Virus record (IMG/VR): IMGVR_UViG_3300027863_000030
Location: 1 to 64,000 of that record
DNA length: 64,000 nt
Strand: one strand, 5' to 3'
Origin: a virus
Lineage: Duplodnaviria; Caudoviricetes
Within the stretch, counting starts at the first letter, position 1. Each line of letters opens with the position of its first letter. Below the pieces are notes generated by a model, which did not search any database, was not told where the DNA came from, and saw only the letters and a list, made by a program, of their open reading frames with translations. Position numbers and translations under genes: made by a program. This document shows positions 38,011 through 48,060 of the stretch, piece by piece.

Positions 38011-40017
38011 CTATATACCAGGAGGAGGAATCATTCCTCCTCCTTCCATTCCTCCACCCATTTCTCCTCCGCCTAGCCCAGTTTCTTGTCCAGAAGGAAC
38101 GTCATCGACGGCATCAAGAACTTGTCTCGTCTTATATCTTTCAACTTCTTTTAGATCAATGTTTGGCAAGAATTTCTCAATAAGAAAGTTTCTAGGAATA
38201 CCTAAGCCTTCTAGGGTTTGTATCATTCCTGCAACTTCTGATATCTGGCGAGATTGGCGTTCAAATTGCAAAGATTTTGGAACAGGCAGAACGATTGAAC
38301 ATAAAGAAAAGATTCGATCTGCTTCAACCTCTCCTCTTGTTAAAAGAGCAATTCGATAGAGCAATTCTTGAATTTGTTTGCTTAGAAATTTTTGGTATGT
38401 AATTACTGAGCGAGTAAATAAGACATTTTGTTCAGTTAGGGTATTCTGCCAAGATCCAGCATTTTCTTCTAGACCTAGAAATACAGGCGGAACACAAAGA
38501 CCAGCAACGATAGAATCTCTAATAAATTTTAACTCATCAGTTCTAGATCGAATATCAACATTTCCAGCAGTTCCGGTATCCAGTTCTACGAATTTTCTTC
38601 CATCTTTCATAGGAAGATAGATATCTTCGAATGTAGTTATCATACTAGGAATTGTATCAAGGCTTCCAAAAGAATCGATACTAACTTTCTTTTTTCTAAA
38701 AGATTCTTTGATGCCTTCGATTAGATTTCTATACTCACGAGGAACTCCAATTTCAACAGAGACGACTCGCTTTTCAACCGCCCTAGACAATCTTTGAACG
38801 GTGGTAGCTGTTTCCATTGCAATTAGTAATCTACAAGCGAATTGAACCGACTCAAAGATTGATTCCCCATAGGGGAAATTCTTTACTGATGGTCTTCGAA
38901 AATGAATCATTCTATCTGGGGAAACAAGCCTAACTCGTAGCAGGTCTGTTTCTTTAAAATTAGATAGTATGGTTTTAAGAATATCTTTTAGATCAGATTC
39001 AATATTGTCAATCTTATCAATATCTCCAATCTTTCTTTGAATGCTTTTAATGATATTTAAGCAAATAGCATCTACGTTGTTGGGAGTAATCAGAGCTCCC
39101 ACTGGAGCATAAGGAACTTTGGGAAAAACCAAGTAACCAAAACATATACTAAACAGAGGACTCTGTAATTTGACTACATACTTTGGATTATGAAATGCTA
39201 TTTGTAGTTTGTTAATATTTATTTTCTCATTTTCCCCTTTATCTTCTTGAGGGAAGTTACTGGAATCTAGAAAAACGTTTATCTGTTTTCTTTGTAGATC
39301 TAAGTTAAGATCTTCAGGTTTGCTTAGTCCGCTTTCTATTAAGTACCTGTTATTGGGTGTAGTCTCATAGTATTCTAGCTCAGTCTTAAAAGAAGTAATA
39401 GATGGTAATAAACTATCTACTAATTCATGGCTTCGCCGAGGGGCCACAAAAGATTCGTTAAGAAAAGATTTTGATATCAATGATTCTTCTATGGTTGATA
39501 TCTCAGCAAAAAAGTCTCCATAAAGCAACGTATTGCTAATGAGTATGTTAAGATTGTCTTCGATTTTTGTTCGTTTTATGAAATCAGAAACCTCGGATTC
39601 AAGCTGGGCCTGCTCACTTTCACTCCCAATGGTTCTATTTGGGGAAATTTCTAAACTTTGTTTTGTAATATCATCTGGTGACAAAATATTGTCAGTTATA
39701 ACCGAGAGGGCCCGGTCACAATATGGAATGTACTCAACGATAGTTTCATATAAGCGGTATTTCCAAAGCCTTGTTCCCTGGCCTAAGGCAGCTGGAGTGC
39801 TTCCATATGAGAATAGATCCTGGAGGGCATAAGATTCCGATGCACCTGTAGCCATAAGCAATTTAACTAACTGGAGGTAATTGTTTGTAGCGGTCGTGGG
39901 TCTAAATTTAGCAATATCTGAAAGAATTTCGTCTATATTTTGATTTATTTCTTCGCTTTTTGGCCCTAGGATAATACCTTTAAGTTTTGAAAAGATATCC
40001 TTTGAGATATCTGGCAT
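38011..40017 (-). CDS. Portal protein (T4 gp20-like)
   Basis: LLYGDFF, IHFR, PYGESIFE, RLSRAVEKRV..EIG, EDIYLP, GLCVPPVFLG. Confidence 0.92.
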   Translation of the reverse strand: MPDISKDIFSKLKGIILGPKSEEINQNIDEILSDIAKFRPTTATNNYLQLVKLLMATGASESYALQDLFSYGSTPAALGQGTRLWKYRLYETIVEYIPYCDRALSVITDNILSPDDITKQSLEISPNRTIGSESEQAQLESEVSDFIKRTKIEDNLNILISNTLLYGDFFAEISTIEESLISKSFLNESFVAPRRSHELVDSLLPSITSFKTELEYYETTPNNRYLIESGLSKPEDLNLDLQRKQINVFLDSSNFPQEDKGENEKININKLQIAFHNPKYVVKLQSPLFSICFGYLVFPKVPYAPVGALITPNNVDAICLNIIKSIQRKIGDIDKIDNIESDLKDILKTILSNFKETDLLRVRLVSPDRMIHFRRPSVKNFPYGESIFESVQFACRLLIAMETATTVQRLSRAVEKRVVSVEIGVPREYRNLIEGIKESFRKKKVSIDSFGSLDTIPSMITTFEDIYLPMKDGRKFVELDTGTAGNVDIRSRTDELKFIRDSIVAGLCVPPVFLGLEENAGSWQNTLTEQNVLFTRSVITYQKFLSKQIQELLYRIALLTRGEVEADRIFSLCSIVLPVPKSLQFERQSRQISEVAGMIQTLEGLGIPRNFLIEKFLPNIDLKEVERYKTRQVLDAVDDVPSGQETGLGGGEMGGGMEGGGMIPPPGI

Positions 40018-40039
40018 TGGTTAGTGTGGTCCCTCCCTT

Positions 40040-40504
40040 TTATTCTATGGGTTTACTGGGCCCAATCCCAGTTTCTTGGTCTTGTGGCGTGATGGCTTTT
40101 AGTAGAGCTATATCTCGAATCTTATCTTCTTCGTAGTAATGAAGAAATTGCTCTGTTAGATGGTACAAGAGGGTATCTTTTCCATGTAAAAGATTTAGAT
40201 CTTCTTGTATTTCTTTACCTAAGTATTTTAGGGTTAACGAAATGAATTTTTTGCATGTTTCATTAAAGATTTGAATATCGAGACTATAACCACTTGAAGA
40301 ATATGCTAAAATTTCGTCTTTGTAAACTCGCTCATATGCTTCTTTTGTGCATTGGTCTAAGATCTTTTTGTAAGTATCATAGTTTCGAATAATCTCACTT
40401 CTTTTCTTAAGCTGGATGTAACTAGAAAGAACTTTTCTAACTGACCAACTAACAAAAAAGCAACTTAGAAGAATGCTTCCTGGAACAATTAGTTCATAGG
40501 ACAT
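40040..40504 (-). CDS. Membrane-anchored hypothetical protein
   Basis: N-terminal hydrophobic helix. Confidence 0.55.
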   Translation of the reverse strand: MSYELIVPGSILLSCFFVSWSVRKVLSSYIQLKKRSEIIRNYDTYKKILDQCTKEAYERVYKDEILAYSSSGYSLDIQIFNETCKKFISLTLKYLGKEIQEDLNLLHGKDTLLYHLTEQFLHYYEEDKIRDIALLKAITPQDQETGIGPSKPIE

Positions 40505-40516
40505 ATGTTTTCTTTC

Positions 40517-40954
40517 TCAACTTTCTGTTAGGATGCAGTCTTCGAAGATGCTATTTTGTGGTTTGCCTTTGTCGGTTTTTGTTTCTACGTTTCTTGTAAT
40601 ATAGATAGATAGTATTTGGTCTGGTCTTATGATAAGTACATTCTCATTGCTAGAGTCAGGCGTTATTGTTACGATTGTGCTTGCTAAAAAGACCTTTATC
40701 ATATCATTCTTTAGTTTATCAATGTCATCTTCGTCTGTTTTAAGTATGTATTCTTTTCCATTCTTTAACAAAATTCTTGTATACAAAGGACTAGTGCCTG
40801 ACAAGATGTTTCTCCTTTCTTCTTTTTCGGAAAAAAATTTAGAGAGGTCGAATTTTCTACAAAAAAAGAAAGGCAGAGCTGGATTTCTCCAACCCTGCCT
40901 TTCTTTTGGGTACAGAATATAATTCTTAGTTTTTCTCGTCTTGGTCTTCTTCAA
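40517..40954 (-). CDS. Hypothetical protein
   Basis: ORF in operon context. Confidence 0.5.
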   Translation of the reverse strand: MKKTKTRKTKNYILYPKERQGWRNPALPFFFCRKFDLSKFFSEKEERRNILSGTSPLYTRILLKNGKEYILKTDEDDIDKLKNDMIKVFLASTIVTITPDSSNENVLIIRPDQILSIYITRNVETKTDKGKPQNSIFEDCILTES

Positions 40955-41117
40955 CAGGCTCTATAACACAATGTTGCAGAGAGTGTAATCTGATTTTTTG
41001 GATGAGTTCCGAGATTTCACTCTCACTTACTAGAAACTCAGTTGGGGTTTTTACAGGTCGGCCATTTACTACGATCGTATGGTTTGTATCAAAGATTCGG
41101 ACTTTGTACTTTTTCAT
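40926..41117 (-). CDS. Small hypothetical protein
   Basis: 63 aa with AAAGGA RBS. Confidence 0.55.
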   Translation of the reverse strand: MKKYKVRIFDTNHTIVVNGRPVKTPTEFLVSESEISELIQKIRLHSLQHCVIEPVEEDQDEKN

Positions 41118-41153
41118 TTTCTGTATAGTAGTCCTTTCTTATATTTTGGATTT

Positions 41154-42338
41154 TTAAACAATGACCTTCTTACTTTTAATTTTCATAAGCTCAGAAAGAA
41201 CCTCTTTTTCCTCGTCATCCTCTGAATCTTTCTCGTCGCTTTCTTCGTCCTCGTCTTCCTCTTCGTCTTCCTCTTCGTCTTCCTCCTCGTCTTCCTCTTC
41301 GTCTTCCTCCTCGTCTTCCTCTTCGTCTTCCTCCTCGTCTTCCTCTTCCTCGTCTTCCTTCTCGTCCTCGAATTCCTCCTCATCTTCTTCATGCAGCATG
41401 TCTAGATCTTCCTCTTTCTTGGCCTTGGGGGTAGTATCTAAATTGTCTTCTTCCTCTTCACCTTCAAGATCTTCCTCATTGGATAGTTCGTCCGCCTCTT
41501 CTTCGGCAGATTCGTCGTCTTCTTCTTTAACCTCTTCATCTTCTTCTCTTATTGAGCACTCTTCTATTAGATCTTCCTCGTTATCTTCAATGGGCTCTTC
41601 CTCTGAAACTTCCTTCGCATCTTCTTCCTTTCTCAACTCATCCTCGACCTGTTCTCTGAAGATACGATAGGCCTCTTCGATCTCTTCTCTCTTAAACATA
41701 TGCTCCCAGGGCTGCTCATGAAGGACATCGTCTTCCTCATCAGATCCTTCTTCCCCCTTGGGCCTCTTAGTTGCTTCCTCTTCTTCTTCCTCTTTCTCTT
41801 CCTCTTCTTCCTCAACATCTTCCCCCATCTCGGCTAAGAGGTGCTTTAGGATCTTTCTTTCGAACCCCTCAGCAACTCTCTTATCTGGAGGCTCGGAAGC
41901 CATGCCGGCGGGTTCTTCGTCAACAGGATCAACGTCAGGAAGATCGTCTCCCTCGGATCCTTTCTCGTCAGCGTCCCCAGCAGCCATACTGGTTAGATCA
42001 GCCAAAGAAACATCCGGCTCGTCAGCGGCCCAGTCCTCGGCTTCCTCGTCACCTTCTCTTTCAAGCTGCTCAAGAGTAAGGAATCCCTTCTCAGGCTTGT
42101 TGTAGTATCTCTCCAAGAGCTCATCGATAGACTTGGGTGCAGACATCATAGTATCATAAACTTTGTCACCTTTTAGTTCTTTCTCTGGCTTTCGGATGTC
42201 TTTAACCATGGGACCAGCAATAAAATCCAAGCCTTCAAGACTATCCCTTTCGTCCTCTTGCTCAGTTAGAGGAATCTTGCTAAATTCAGAAATTGCCTCT
42301 TTGAGCAGTTTTAAGTATTGCTTTTTCTGACTGGACAT
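41154..42338 (-). CDS. Extremely acidic protein with an (EDEE)n tract
   Basis: GGAGG RBS; 12-nt tandem repeat TCGTCTTCCTCY at ~41250-41350. Confidence 0.75.
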   Translation of the reverse strand: MSSQKKQYLKLLKEAISEFSKIPLTEQEDERDSLEGLDFIAGPMVKDIRKPEKELKGDKVYDTMMSAPKSIDELLERYYNKPEKGFLTLEQLEREGDEEAEDWAADEPDVSLADLTSMAAGDADEKGSEGDDLPDVDPVDEEPAGMASEPPDKRVAEGFERKILKHLLAEMGEDVEEEEEEKEEEEEEATKRPKGEEGSDEEDDVLHEQPWEHMFKREEIEEAYRIFREQVEDELRKEEDAKEVSEEEPIEDNEEDLIEECSIREEDEEVKEEDDESAEEEADELSNEEDLEGEEEEDNLDTTPKAKKEEDLDMLHEEDEEEFEDEKEDEEEEDEEEDEEEDEEEDEEEDEEEDEEEDEEEDEDEESDEKDSEDDEEKEVLSELMKIKSKKVIV

Positions 42339-42591
42339 TTTTGTAGCCTCCTTTGCTATTACTTTCTCCTTGCATTATGATAGGATAGAGTTAACATGTT
42401 GCTTTTTTGTTAAGCAACTTGTGATAGAAAGACTAGATCTTTCCATCATAAATTTGTTCTTAGCTACATTCTATTTACTTAAAAGATGGAAACTGATTAA
42501 CTTAGAATCTCTCTTTTTTTCTTTGAGAGAAGGAGGCCAAGTAAATACGTATTTTCGAAGGCTAATAAACACGTTTCTTACTGGGGCGGGC

Positions 42592-42960
42592 TTAAGATTT
42601 TTGCAAGGAAGAAAGAAGGTGGTGGTACTGATTTTTGCATTCGTTACATCGAGAGATTAGAACACGAAGACTTTCTGTTGGGTCAATTTTCTTGTTTCTT
42701 TGTTCTGGATCTAAGTGCTGAGCTTCTTTGTCAGGTGAGAATTCTAAGGGAGTTTGATGGCGGTAACCTCTACGAACCATTTCTTGAGCTAGTTCTTTGT
42801 GTCGAGTTTCTAAGGACTGAATTTCTAGCAGGTTTCCTTTAATGTAACCAGAAATTTGTTTCTTCTCTCTAATTAGTGATGCGAATATGTGAATTTCTAA
42901 ATGTTCTCCTAGAAGGTGCTTTCTACACATAATTCTAGGGTCAACCATCCACATTCTCAT
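42592..42960 (-). CDS. Pyrimidine-dimer DNA glycosylase (endonuclease V/DenV-like)
   Basis: MRMWMVDPRIMCRKHLLGEHLEIH...HKELAQEMVRRGYRH; start approximate (ORF track starts at 42984). Confidence 0.8.
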   Translation of the reverse strand: MRMWMVDPRIMCRKHLLGEHLEIHIFASLIREKKQISGYIKGNLLEIQSLETRHKELAQEMVRRGYRHQTPLEFSPDKEAQHLDPEQRNKKIDPTESLRVLISRCNECKNQYHHLLSSLQKS

Positions 42961-43022
42961 CCTTTTCTTTTTTCCTCCTTTCATTGTTCGTGCTTTGCTT
43001 TTTCTATGAATTAGTTAGTTTG

Positions 43023-44666
43023 TTAACTTGGTTCTGGTAGAGATCCCAAAGCCATCTTAAAAGATAAATTCTTTGAACTTTTATCTGGTTCACTTGAAGA
43101 AGACAATGTGGAATAAAGTCTATCTATTTCTTCTTTTAAAGAAAGCCCTCCTCCTTCCATTCTACTGGCGTTTTGTTGGGGGGTAAGAGTGCTATCTACT
43201 TGCACAAATGGAGAGAAAGCAACAGGCTGAACGTTCGGAACAAATGCCTCATACATTCCACAATCTTTAATCTTATAGCGAGCAAAATCAACTTTCAATC
43301 TAATGAGAGCACCTTTCTTCCCAGACCTATTTTTTCCTACTTTTAGATGAATCTCGTTTTCGGATACCTGTTGTATAAGGGCTACGAAGTCAGAATGCTC
43401 AACTTTCTTAATAGATTCTGACATTAGGTCAACGTCCAAGTTTGAAGGTTCTATTCGATATGCGCTTCTATTTAGTTGTGAAGCGGTCACTACGGGTATT
43501 CCATAATGGACTGCTATGACTTTCAGGTTAGAGGTAATAGAACTAAGCTCAAGTCGGTAATCTTGCCTGGTTTCTGCTCGAAGCAAATCTAGGTAATCTA
43601 CAAAGAGACCTCGAATACATTCTTTTCCATATTTTGATATAAGTTCATCTAACAGAGTCATAAGATCTATTGGTGTTATGTATCCCGCGGGGAAATAGTA
43701 AATGCATATGTTGGAATTCATTGCTTGGAGTTTGTTCTTTATGGAGTCTTGAACCTTTTTTGGGTCCGATAGTATCTCACTAATTGCTTCTCGGATGCTC
43801 TTATTAAAAAGGCAACAATAAAGTCTAAGAAATGATTCATCCACTAAGTTTTCTAACGTGACGTAAACGAAGATTTTCTTTTGTTTCTGGTTAGGAACTG
43901 AGTCGGAAGTTACCGGACTGGGTTTGCTTAAGATTGCATTTGCTAAGAAATTTATTAAGAGCGTGGATTTTCCACATCCACTAGGTCCAGCAAATATGTA
44001 CAATCGAGATGGTTCAAAACCACCATTTAAGGCGGAATGATCTAACGTTTGAAATCCAGACGGGATAGCATTATTATCTAGGTAGAAAGATCTAATCTGA
44101 GTAGCGACGCTATCATACTCATCTTCATTTAGGTTTAGAGAAGATAGGGTTTGAATATCATGTCTTCGTCTAAACTCGACCAAGGAGAGATACAGGCTTT
44201 TTACGGTTTCTTCATATTGGAAAACGGCATCCTTTGCGGTATCAAATCTTCCGCTTTCTACACACTCAACGAAATTTGCTAGTTTATTATAGTTAGTAAG
44301 CAAAGACACTAATTTTTTCTTAATCTCTAAGCTTTCAAGATAAGAATCGTAGGTGTCTTCTGAAACCGGGGTTTGGCTTACTTCGTTTATATAGGGAGCA
44401 AGAGACACGAATTTGTCAGATGTTAGAACAAGGTCTTCCGCAACCGCATTTTCGATGTGTTCTAGTTTTAGTTTACAGATATTCTTTAAGCAATCAAATT
44501 TTGTCTTGGCTAGGAAAGAGATTTTGTCCTCGTAGAATGAGAGAACTTCGTACATATCTTTGAATAAACTTTTTGTTCGTTTATGTTCTTGGTTAGGGGC
44601 CAGTGCTAAGGTGAAGCATATGTCAATGAATTGATCTGTAATCATATAATAGGCTACCTCCAGCAA
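43023..44666 (-). CDS. Replicative DnaB-like helicase (T4 gp41-like)
   Basis: GPSGCGKST, VTLEN, VDYLDL, TASQLNR, SES, KNRSG. Confidence 0.92.
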   Translation of the reverse strand: MLEVAYYMITDQFIDICFTLALAPNQEHKRTKSLFKDMYEVLSFYEDKISFLAKTKFDCLKNICKLKLEHIENAVAEDLVLTSDKFVSLAPYINEVSQTPVSEDTYDSYLESLEIKKKLVSLLTNYNKLANFVECVESGRFDTAKDAVFQYEETVKSLYLSLVEFRRRHDIQTLSSLNLNEDEYDSVATQIRSFYLDNNAIPSGFQTLDHSALNGGFEPSRLYIFAGPSGCGKSTLLINFLANAILSKPSPVTSDSVPNQKQKKIFVYVTLENLVDESFLRLYCCLFNKSIREAISEILSDPKKVQDSIKNKLQAMNSNICIYYFPAGYITPIDLMTLLDELISKYGKECIRGLFVDYLDLLRAETRQDYRLELSSITSNLKVIAVHYGIPVVTASQLNRSAYRIEPSNLDVDLMSESIKKVEHSDFVALIQQVSENEIHLKVGKNRSGKKGALIRLKVDFARYKIKDCGMYEAFVPNVQPVAFSPFVQVDSTLTPQQNASRMEGGGLSLKEEIDRLYSTLSSSSEPDKSSKNLSFKMALGSLPEPS

Positions 44667-44741
44667 GAACTTTTTCTTACATTTTTTCTTGGAGTAGGCG
44701 ATGAAGAAAGGGAGAAGAGTGATCTATTTTTTGTTCATTTG

Positions 44742-46094
44742 CTAAAAGCAAGCCAGCTGACTAGACCGGAGAGAATAGGACTCACTATGGTATAGATACT
44801 TGCTTATGATATAATTACAGCGCTCAGTATCCAATTGTTTTAAACAATCCATGCTTGTGAAAATGGCAGAGCATTTTATTCTTTGCTTAGAGGTTGCTTT
44901 CCCCCTATTAAGACGACTTGTTATCTCTCCCAGTTTAATCGAGAAGGCAGAGGCATCTCCGGCCTCGTACAAATCGTATAGTTCCTTTGCCCTAGCTCGG
45001 CAGAATTCTTGCACCCTTATGTAATTTGCGAGAAATACTAGGGCTAGGTACAAAGTTACATCAAGATAAAGTGTATCGGTTTCATTGTTGTATAGGTGAC
45101 TTTTTACGTGGAAATTTGGTCTTGGTACACCTAAGTAATCACAACTTTTATTAATCTGGTCTTGGATTAGGTCTAAGCTCCTGGGAGTGACTTGGGAACT
45201 CCTAAGATCTAATCTTTGAATGATTCCTGGGTCTAGAAATAAATCAATATATCTAGACATGAGCAAACCTTTAAAGATTCCAGAAGAATCGAATGTTATG
45301 TTCAGATCAATTCCGTGTGTTCTAAGACAACATATCCTACAAAGTTCATAAAGAATGATATCTCTATACACAGCTCCACCTAGAATATGAAATGAAAATT
45401 GTTTAAAGTTCTTTTGTTTAGCTTTATCGATAAGAATTACTAGGGGCAAAGCATATACGTTAATAGGAAGGACCGAGTCAGTTTTCATCGTAGCTACAAT
45501 GGAGCCAGTTGCATAGCACTGGAAATGATCAAAGGGACAAACTTCTTCTAAGACTTGGCTAAAAGCTTTATTTAGAGCTGGGGTTCGAAAATGGTGGATA
45601 TAGATAATTTTCTTTTTGATTTCTGGATCTAGCTGAGTGGCTTTGCTATAAGTATCCAGGTTGTATCGATAGATATCATCTTCCGTCTTAAAGAGCTCAC
45701 AACCTGGACCGGGAACTAGATCCAAGATAAAGGCTTTTGTGTATAAGTCGGGAAATTCAGATAGGAACTCATAGTAGTATTGTATTAGAGATGGTACATC
45801 TTGTTTCTTAATTCGATTAAAACTTACTTGGAAACCCCCGGAATCAAGATATATGTTTGTCTTCTCATATAAGCCGCTTTTCTGGACCTTAGAAAGAAGG
45901 GTTTGTTTTGTTTTGTTAAACTTGGAATGATCTTTCTTTGATCCAAACCCCTCTCCGTAACTATGCAGGAATCCTTCTAGTCGCTTAAAGGCATCCCTTA
46001 GATTTTCAACGGTAAGGATTCCTTCATTAATTCCTCTAGAAAATAACTCGGTTACAGTTTCAATTCCTGCTGAGACGTATCCGCTGGAGTTCAT
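44742..46094 (-). CDS. TGT/DpdA-like guanine transglycosylase
   Basis: YLDSGGFQ (TGT signature), LD, FHILGG, TFDSS; no TGT zinc-binding C-terminus seen; QueC and QueE in the same window. Confidence 0.72.
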   Translation of the reverse strand: MNSSGYVSAGIETVTELFSRGINEGILTVENLRDAFKRLEGFLHSYGEGFGSKKDHSKFNKTKQTLLSKVQKSGLYEKTNIYLDSGGFQVSFNRIKKQDVPSLIQYYYEFLSEFPDLYTKAFILDLVPGPGCELFKTEDDIYRYNLDTYSKATQLDPEIKKKIIYIHHFRTPALNKAFSQVLEEVCPFDHFQCYATGSIVATMKTDSVLPINVYALPLVILIDKAKQKNFKQFSFHILGGAVYRDIILYELCRICCLRTHGIDLNITFDSSGIFKGLLMSRYIDLFLDPGIIQRLDLRSSQVTPRSLDLIQDQINKSCDYLGVPRPNFHVKSHLYNNETDTLYLDVTLYLALVFLANYIRVQEFCRARAKELYDLYEAGDASAFSIKLGEITSRLNRGKATSKQRIKCSAIFTSMDCLKQLDTERCNYIISKYLYHSESYSLRSSQLACF

Positions 46095-46131
46095 GTTTTC
46101 GTACTGGTCTCCTTTTTTATGTTTCTTTGTT

Positions 46132-46314
46132 CTATTCGTTCTTTCTTAGATATTTAACCCACTCTATGGTCGACCATATAGTGCAAGCAGAGACCACTAA
46201 ACTCAGCCATAAAAGAAAGGTCTCTCCTAGAACCAAACTAATTCGTATGACCAACACTATAGCAATAGTAAACAGAATGAGTCGGATTAGGATCATGAGG
46301 GCTATATCACTCAT
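46132..46314 (-). CDS. Small two-TM membrane protein
   Basis: Hydrophobic 60-aa ORF with RBS. Confidence 0.5.
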   Translation of the reverse strand: MSDIALMILIRLILFTIAIVLVIRISLVLGETFLLWLSLVVSACTIWSTIEWVKYLRKNE

Positions 46315-46455
46315 GGTTCTAGCCCCCTTTCTTTCTGTTCTTTTTTCTATCTTCTTCTAGTGGATACAAGGGGTCTAGAGAACCTTTCGCATATCGTCGG
46401 AAGAAAATAAATATCGTTGTCCCCGGGGGATTAGAATAGTGCTTTTTCTAAGTTT

Positions 46456-46881
46456 TTACTCTTGCTCATCTATATGTTCGCAAATTAGTTTTTTACATAG
46501 AATACTTGTAAAGATTGAATAATTAATAGCATCTAAGCTATTATCCAACGCACTATTAAGACTCGCTTCTGGACTAGAATCAGATTTGGTTTGGCTAATA
46601 ATATTTATGACTCTCTTCGACTTGCTGTAAATTGTTAGAGCGTTTTGAAGAATTGCTACCTGTAAAGGAAACTCCTGAAACCTCCAATTTTGGAAACCAT
46701 AAGATTTACTTCGCTCTAAAAATATATCTAGTGCGTCCCGAATAGCTCTGCTATAATCTTGGATAGCTTCTAGAGTTGCTTCCGTTTCTTTTATCTCTCC
46801 TTGTAGAGGGAGTGAATCTGAGCAGATTTCTTGAACGATGCCATTTTTATTTTCAAGACGAATTTGGAGAACTAGTTTCAT
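46456..46881 (-). CDS. Nucleotide-modification-associated (Nmad1/DUF1599, MazG-like) protein
   Basis: FLERSKSYG..NW...SKSKRV...DNSLDAINYSIF; start approximate at MKLVL. Confidence 0.6.
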   Translation of the reverse strand: MKLVLQIRLENKNGIVQEICSDSLPLQGEIKETEATLEAIQDYSRAIRDALDIFLERSKSYGFQNWRFQEFPLQVAILQNALTIYSKSKRVINIISQTKSDSSPEASLNSALDNSLDAINYSIFTSILCKKLICEHIDEQE

Positions 46882-47086
46882 GTAACAAGACCCTTTCTTC
46901 TTTTTGTGTATTTTGTTTCTCTTCTTTCTGGCGAGAATACACAAGGGTTAGAATATAGTTTGAGTTCACATTATGAATTGAGACCGTTAAGATCTCATAT
47001 TTCATAGCAATTTCAGACACTATCTTATTAGCTTCCTCGTAAGAATTACATGATTCTATGACGGTAACACAAGTATTATTTCTCAT
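46853..47086 (-). CDS. Hypothetical protein
   Basis: 77 aa with AAGGA RBS. Confidence 0.5.
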   Translation of the reverse strand: MRNNTCVTVIESCNSYEEANKIVSEIAMKYEILTVSIHNVNSNYILTLVYSRQKEEKQNTQKEERVLLHETSSPNSS

Positions 47087-47107
47087 TGTTGGTTTCCTTT
47101 TTTGTGT

Positions 47108-48031
47108 TTATATAAAATTGTACATAAGATGCAACCTAGGTGAGATATTACAATTGAGTTCCTCTGCCTTGTCTACTGCAACTGGGAAGTTAGATAGAAG
47201 GTCTTTCGTTGTTCCTCCCTCTGGCATTATCCATATTTTGTTACTAGGAATGATTTTAGTTATTTCTTTTAGGTAGATTTCGATTCTCGGATCTTCTTTT
47301 TCTTTAGGTCCGTATACTAACTTTAAGTATATTTCTACCGAGCGATTTCCAATTTTCTTATTGTATTCTGGATCGAAGTAACTAGCAACGAGATTAGTCA
47401 TGTGCAAGTTATAATTTAGATCTGAGTCAGAAAAGATCTTTGGAGAGTATATGAATGCAACTCTTTTCTTTCTTGGTTTCTTTTCTAGGGTTAGGGTTTG
47501 GAGCATGGTCTGGAGATTCATTCCATTGGTTTCGACATTTATGTTGGTTGCTTTAGAAAGAAGAATTAAACTTAGAGTTTCTTCCATATAGAATCCAGGT
47601 TCTCCTCCTGTGATAAGCAGGAGTCTGTTTTCTCCTATCCTTCTATTAATTTGTCCAATTGTATACTCACTTTCTTCATATACTCGCATTTTTACCATCG
47701 TATCACACCATGGGCATGGCTTTACTGGTCCCGCACATCCAAAGATGTCAATTCCTTTACAACGATTACATTCTTTAAATCTAACTAGAACACAGGCTTT
47801 TCCTGCATCTGGTCCTTCTCCTTGCCATGTATCGAAAACCTCAATAAAATGAAAATTTCGAACTGGCTTTGAAATAAGTTCTCCTCCTTTGGTTTCTTCC
47901 TCTAAGAGGGGTGGCGAAAATGCGTCATTTTGTTGGTTAGTCTCAATGGGACTAGATTCTTCTTCAGTACTTGCTTTTTTGGAATAATCTAAGATACTTT
48001 CAAGTTCTACCCAATTTTTCATGTCTTCCAT
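47108..48031 (-). CDS. queE: 7-carboxy-7-deazaguanine synthase (radical SAM)
   Basis: EVFDTWQGEG, VRF..CN...CPWCDT, ITGGEP, VETNG, SPK, MPEG, SPRLH. Confidence 0.88.
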   Translation of the reverse strand: MEDMKNWVELESILDYSKKASTEEESSPIETNQQNDAFSPPLLEEETKGGELISKPVRNFHFIEVFDTWQGEGPDAGKACVLVRFKECNRCKGIDIFGCAGPVKPCPWCDTMVKMRVYEESEYTIGQINRRIGENRLLLITGGEPGFYMEETLSLILLSKATNINVETNGMNLQTMLQTLTLEKKPRKKRVAFIYSPKIFSDSDLNYNLHMTNLVASYFDPEYNKKIGNRSVEIYLKLVYGPKEKEDPRIEIYLKEITKIIPSNKIWIMPEGGTTKDLLSNFPVAVDKAEELNCNISPRLHLMYNFI

Positions 48032-48060
48032 TTTTCTTCTCGTCTCCTTTCATGAAATAT

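Noticed and set aside
41161-42105. Poly-Ser and Lys/Arg/Thr-rich ORFs
   Set aside because: Antisense or alternate-frame shadows of the acidic protein repeat
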